Positions 1 through 959 of a stretch of DNA of 959 nucleotides are shown one piece after another (position 1 is the first letter of the stretch; every line of letters begins with the position of its first letter). The translations under genes and the position numbers were made by a program. The notes beneath the pieces are model-generated. The model saw nothing but the letters and a program-made list of their open reading frames with translations, was not told where the DNA came from and ran no database searches. Source of the stretch: a phage; the sequence record GS874857.1; one strand, given 5' to 3'.

Positions 1-34
1 GACGACTACATTAATTCACTTAAGTAATGTTACC

Positions 35-57
35 GGGAGACTTCGGTCTCCCTATTT
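35..57 (+). terminator. Stem-loop GGGAGAC-UUCG-GUCUCCC followed by UAUUU; putative intrinsic terminator of an upstream gene and/or stabilising 5' hairpin of the downstream mRNA
   Basis: Read directly: 35-41 gggagac and 46-52 gtctccc are perfect reverse complements (7-bp stem, 5 G:C pairs) closed by the tetraloop ttcg (42-45), giving the classic C(UUCG)G motif; followed by tattt (53-57). The U-tract is short and interrupted, so terminator efficiency is uncertain. It sits between a possible upstream stop (TAA 25-27) and the SD of the next gene. Confidence 0.45.
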
Positions 58-70
58 GGAGGAGAGGAGA
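58..70 (+). promoter_or_regulatory. Ribosome-binding site (Shine-Dalgarno) for CDS 76-618
   Basis: Purine-rich tract ggaggagaggaga with GGAGG at 58-62 and GAGG at 64-67; 8 nt between GAGG(64-67) and the ATG at 76. Confidence 0.7.
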
Positions 71-75
71 ATATT

Positions 76-618
76 ATGAGTTTATATGATGACCTGATAT
101 CAAATATTGATTGGTTTAAACATAGCGGTCTTTCCCATGAAACTAATGCAGTTCTTTATAGAATTCGCCAAGACCTAGGTTATTCCAATGATTTCTTAAG
201 TCGAACAAGTAGCCATGGACACACTACCAAATTGCCCTTTATCTTCGCTTTAGCTGAAGACCTTTCTTTTGCAGAAGCTTTAGAAATTATTGACGTAAAT
301 CTGGGTATTCAACGAGTGGAATTCGCTGGATTATGCTATTCAGTATACGCTTTAAATGAACCAAGTGATTGTAAACAGCTTGTTGATGCTGACGATGATT
401 ACCATTTAGTATGCTATTTGATGTTAGAAAATGGTGACCACTTTGGTATGGTCGACCGCCGCCCGAGTTATTCGGATATTAAAAATTACGATAAAGATGA
501 GCTTATTATTTTGGCTAATGAGTATACATCAGAGATTCGAAAACAACAACGGAAGCTTAATCGTTTTATTGCTGAATGTCGCGAATACGCTAAAGAGGTT
601 CAAAATGGAACGGCCTAG
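76..618 (+). CDS. Hypothetical protein, 180 aa, acidic, predicted cytoplasmic (no signal peptide or TM segment); function unknown
   Basis: ATG at 76 preceded by a strong SD; 181 stop-free codons in AT-rich DNA, where stops are frequent in non-coding frames; stop TAG 616-618. By hand count about 30 Asp/Glu versus 18 Lys/Arg (net charge near -12), including an acidic patch DADDD (residues 104-108, nt 385-399) and a basic C-terminal tail (residues 155-173, nt 538-594, RKQQRKLNRFIAECREYAK). No Walker A, HEXXH, CxxC or other catalytic signature that I recognise. Confidence 0.8.
   Translation: MSLYDDLISNIDWFKHSGLSHETNAVLYRIRQDLGYSNDFLSRTSSHGHTTKLPFIFALAEDLSFAEALEIIDVNLGIQRVEFAGLCYSVYALNEPSDCKQLVDADDDYHLVCYLMLENGDHFGMVDRRPSYSDIKNYDKDELIILANEYTSEIRKQQRKLNRFIAECREYAKEVQNGTA
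592..598 (+). promoter_or_regulatory. Ribosome-binding site for CDS 605-859, embedded in the 3' end of the upstream CDS
   Basis: aaagagg at 592-598 (GAGG 595-598), 6 nt upstream of the ATG at 605; it lies within the last codons of gene 1, which is typical of translational coupling. Confidence 0.6.
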
Positions 619-859
619 TCTTTCATCACATGTTTATCAATTGGCTGAATATGATATTGCTATTTCCTTATTTATGGGAATTGTCACCGGTATGCTAGGA
701 GGTTTGGTTGGTCTGGTAATGACCACGGTTATGGCGGCAATCGAAGGAGTCACGCCTATTGAGATGGGTTTTTATATGATAATCGCTCCGGCTGTCGTGG
801 CTTATTTATCCCTGTTGTGTATGATATTTGCCATACAACGCTTTGATGCTCCATCGTAG
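605..859 (+). CDS. Small integral membrane protein, 84 aa, two predicted transmembrane helices with a glycine-zipper motif in helix 1; function unknown
   Basis: The ORF-track frame is open from 431, but the first ATG with an SD is at 605 (the M of FKMERPSL, residue 59 of the track ORF). Translation from 605: MERPSLSSHVYQLAEYDIAISLFMGIVTGMLGGLVGLVMTTVMAAIEGVTPIEMGFYMIIAPAVVAYLSLLCMIFAIQRFDAPS; stop TAG 857-859. Hydrophobic stretches at about residues 18-46 (nt 656-742) and 54-77 (nt 764-835) are separated by the short loop EGVTPIEM. G25xxxG29xxxG33 and G32xxxG36 lie at nt 677-712. Overlaps the stop of gene 1 by 14 nt (605-618). Confidence 0.7.
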   Translation: MERPSLSSHVYQLAEYDIAISLFMGIVTGMLGGLVGLVMTTVMAAIEGVTPIEMGFYMIIAPAVVAYLSLLCMIFAIQRFDAPS

Positions 860-890
860 AGATATGCTTAGAGATGCTATATATGAGCAT
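858..890. repeat. Short tandem near-repeat (AGAGAT[AT]GCT x2) overlapping a 5-bp inverted repeat (ATGCT-N7-AGCAT) immediately after the stop of gene 2; possible operator or promoter-associated element
   Basis: Read directly: 858-869 agagatatgctt and 870-879 agagatgcta share AGAGAT..GCT with a 2-bp indel; 874-878 atgct and 886-890 agcat are reverse complements flanking atatatg, which contains a TATATAT stretch (878-884) preceded by TG (875-876), weakly resembling an extended -10. The elements are short and could arise by chance in AT-rich DNA. Confidence 0.3.
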
Positions 891-959
891 GTAAACAACT
901 AACGTATGACTGAAATCTTATAGATGTAATCATGATAAATGAATCGAATCCAGAACAAC

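Noticed and set aside
1-27. 3' end of an upstream CDS (frame 1: DDYINSLK then TAA at 25-27)
   Set aside because: Only 8 codons are visible, and frame 2 is also open through the region and ends with a TGA overlapping the ATG at 76. It is too short to call. The position of the hairpin just after the TAA makes the frame 1 reading slightly more attractive, but that is not evidence.
1-34. Sigma70-type promoter upstream of gene 1
   Set aside because: Only weak -10-like hexamers (TAAGTA, TAATGT) are present and any -35 would lie outside the window, so nothing is supportable.
451-467. Local GC-rich island (gtcgaccgccgcccgag) inside the AT-rich gene 1
   Set aside because: It is explained by the codons for V-D-R-R-P-S (GTC GAC CGC CGC CCG AGT); there is no evidence of a structured or regulatory element.
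431-604. N-terminal extension of the second ORF as given in the six-frame track (start at ATG 431, 142 aa)
   Set aside because: This stretch lies entirely inside gene 1 in another frame, has no SD before 431, and its translation shows no feature linking it to the membrane protein. The ATG at 605 has a good SD at the right spacing and gives a coherent two-helix membrane protein, so 605 is the far more plausible start.
431-618. Possible programmed +1 frameshift fusing gene 1 to gene 2 (the gene 2 frame is stop-free for 58 codons upstream of its ATG)
   Set aside because: I found no recognisable slippery or shift-prone site, and an independent SD plus ATG at 605 explains gene 2 expression without frameshifting. 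The open stretch is probably coincidental, though it is somewhat long for AT-rich DNA.
933-942. T4 late-promoter-like sequence (GATAAATG versus consensus TATAAATA)
   Set aside because: An imperfect match in AT-rich DNA where such near-matches are expected by chance.
932-959. Start of a downstream + strand CDS (ATG 932 or ATG 939, open to the window end)
   Set aside because: No convincing SD upstream of either ATG, fewer than 10 codons visible, and an alternative - strand open frame covers the same region. It cannot be called from this window.
1-959. tRNA, rRNA or CRISPR array
   Set aside because: No cloverleaf-compatible structure, no rRNA-like conserved segments and no regularly spaced repeat-spacer units; the only repeats are the short ones at 858-890.

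Overview
AT-rich 959-bp window (roughly 35-40% G+C by eye, not computed) that contains one compact two-gene cassette on the + strand and nothing callable on the - strand. From left to right: (i) a possible 8-codon tail of an upstream gene (stop TAA 25-27); (ii) a stable hairpin with a C(UUCG)G tetraloop at 35-52 followed by UAUUU; (iii) a purine-rich Shine-Dalgarno tract at 58-70; (iv) a 180-aa CDS at 76-618 encoding an acidic, apparently cytoplasmic protein with no motif I recognise; (v) a second CDS that I place at 605-859 (84 aa), not at 431 as in the ORF track, with its own SD (AAAGAGG, 592-598) and a 14-nt overlap with the end of gene 1, encoding a small hydrophobic protein with two predicted transmembrane helices and a glycine-zipper motif; (vi) a ~100-bp AT-rich non-coding tail with short direct and inverted repeats. 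The low G+C, overlapping translationally coupled genes and the CUUCGG hairpin point to phage or mobile-element DNA (T4-like style), but that is inference. I cannot assign a function to either protein from sequence alone. The most interesting hypothesis is that the pair forms a small membrane-acting module (superinfection exclusion, abortive infection or toxin/antidote-like), which needs homology and structure searches I cannot run.
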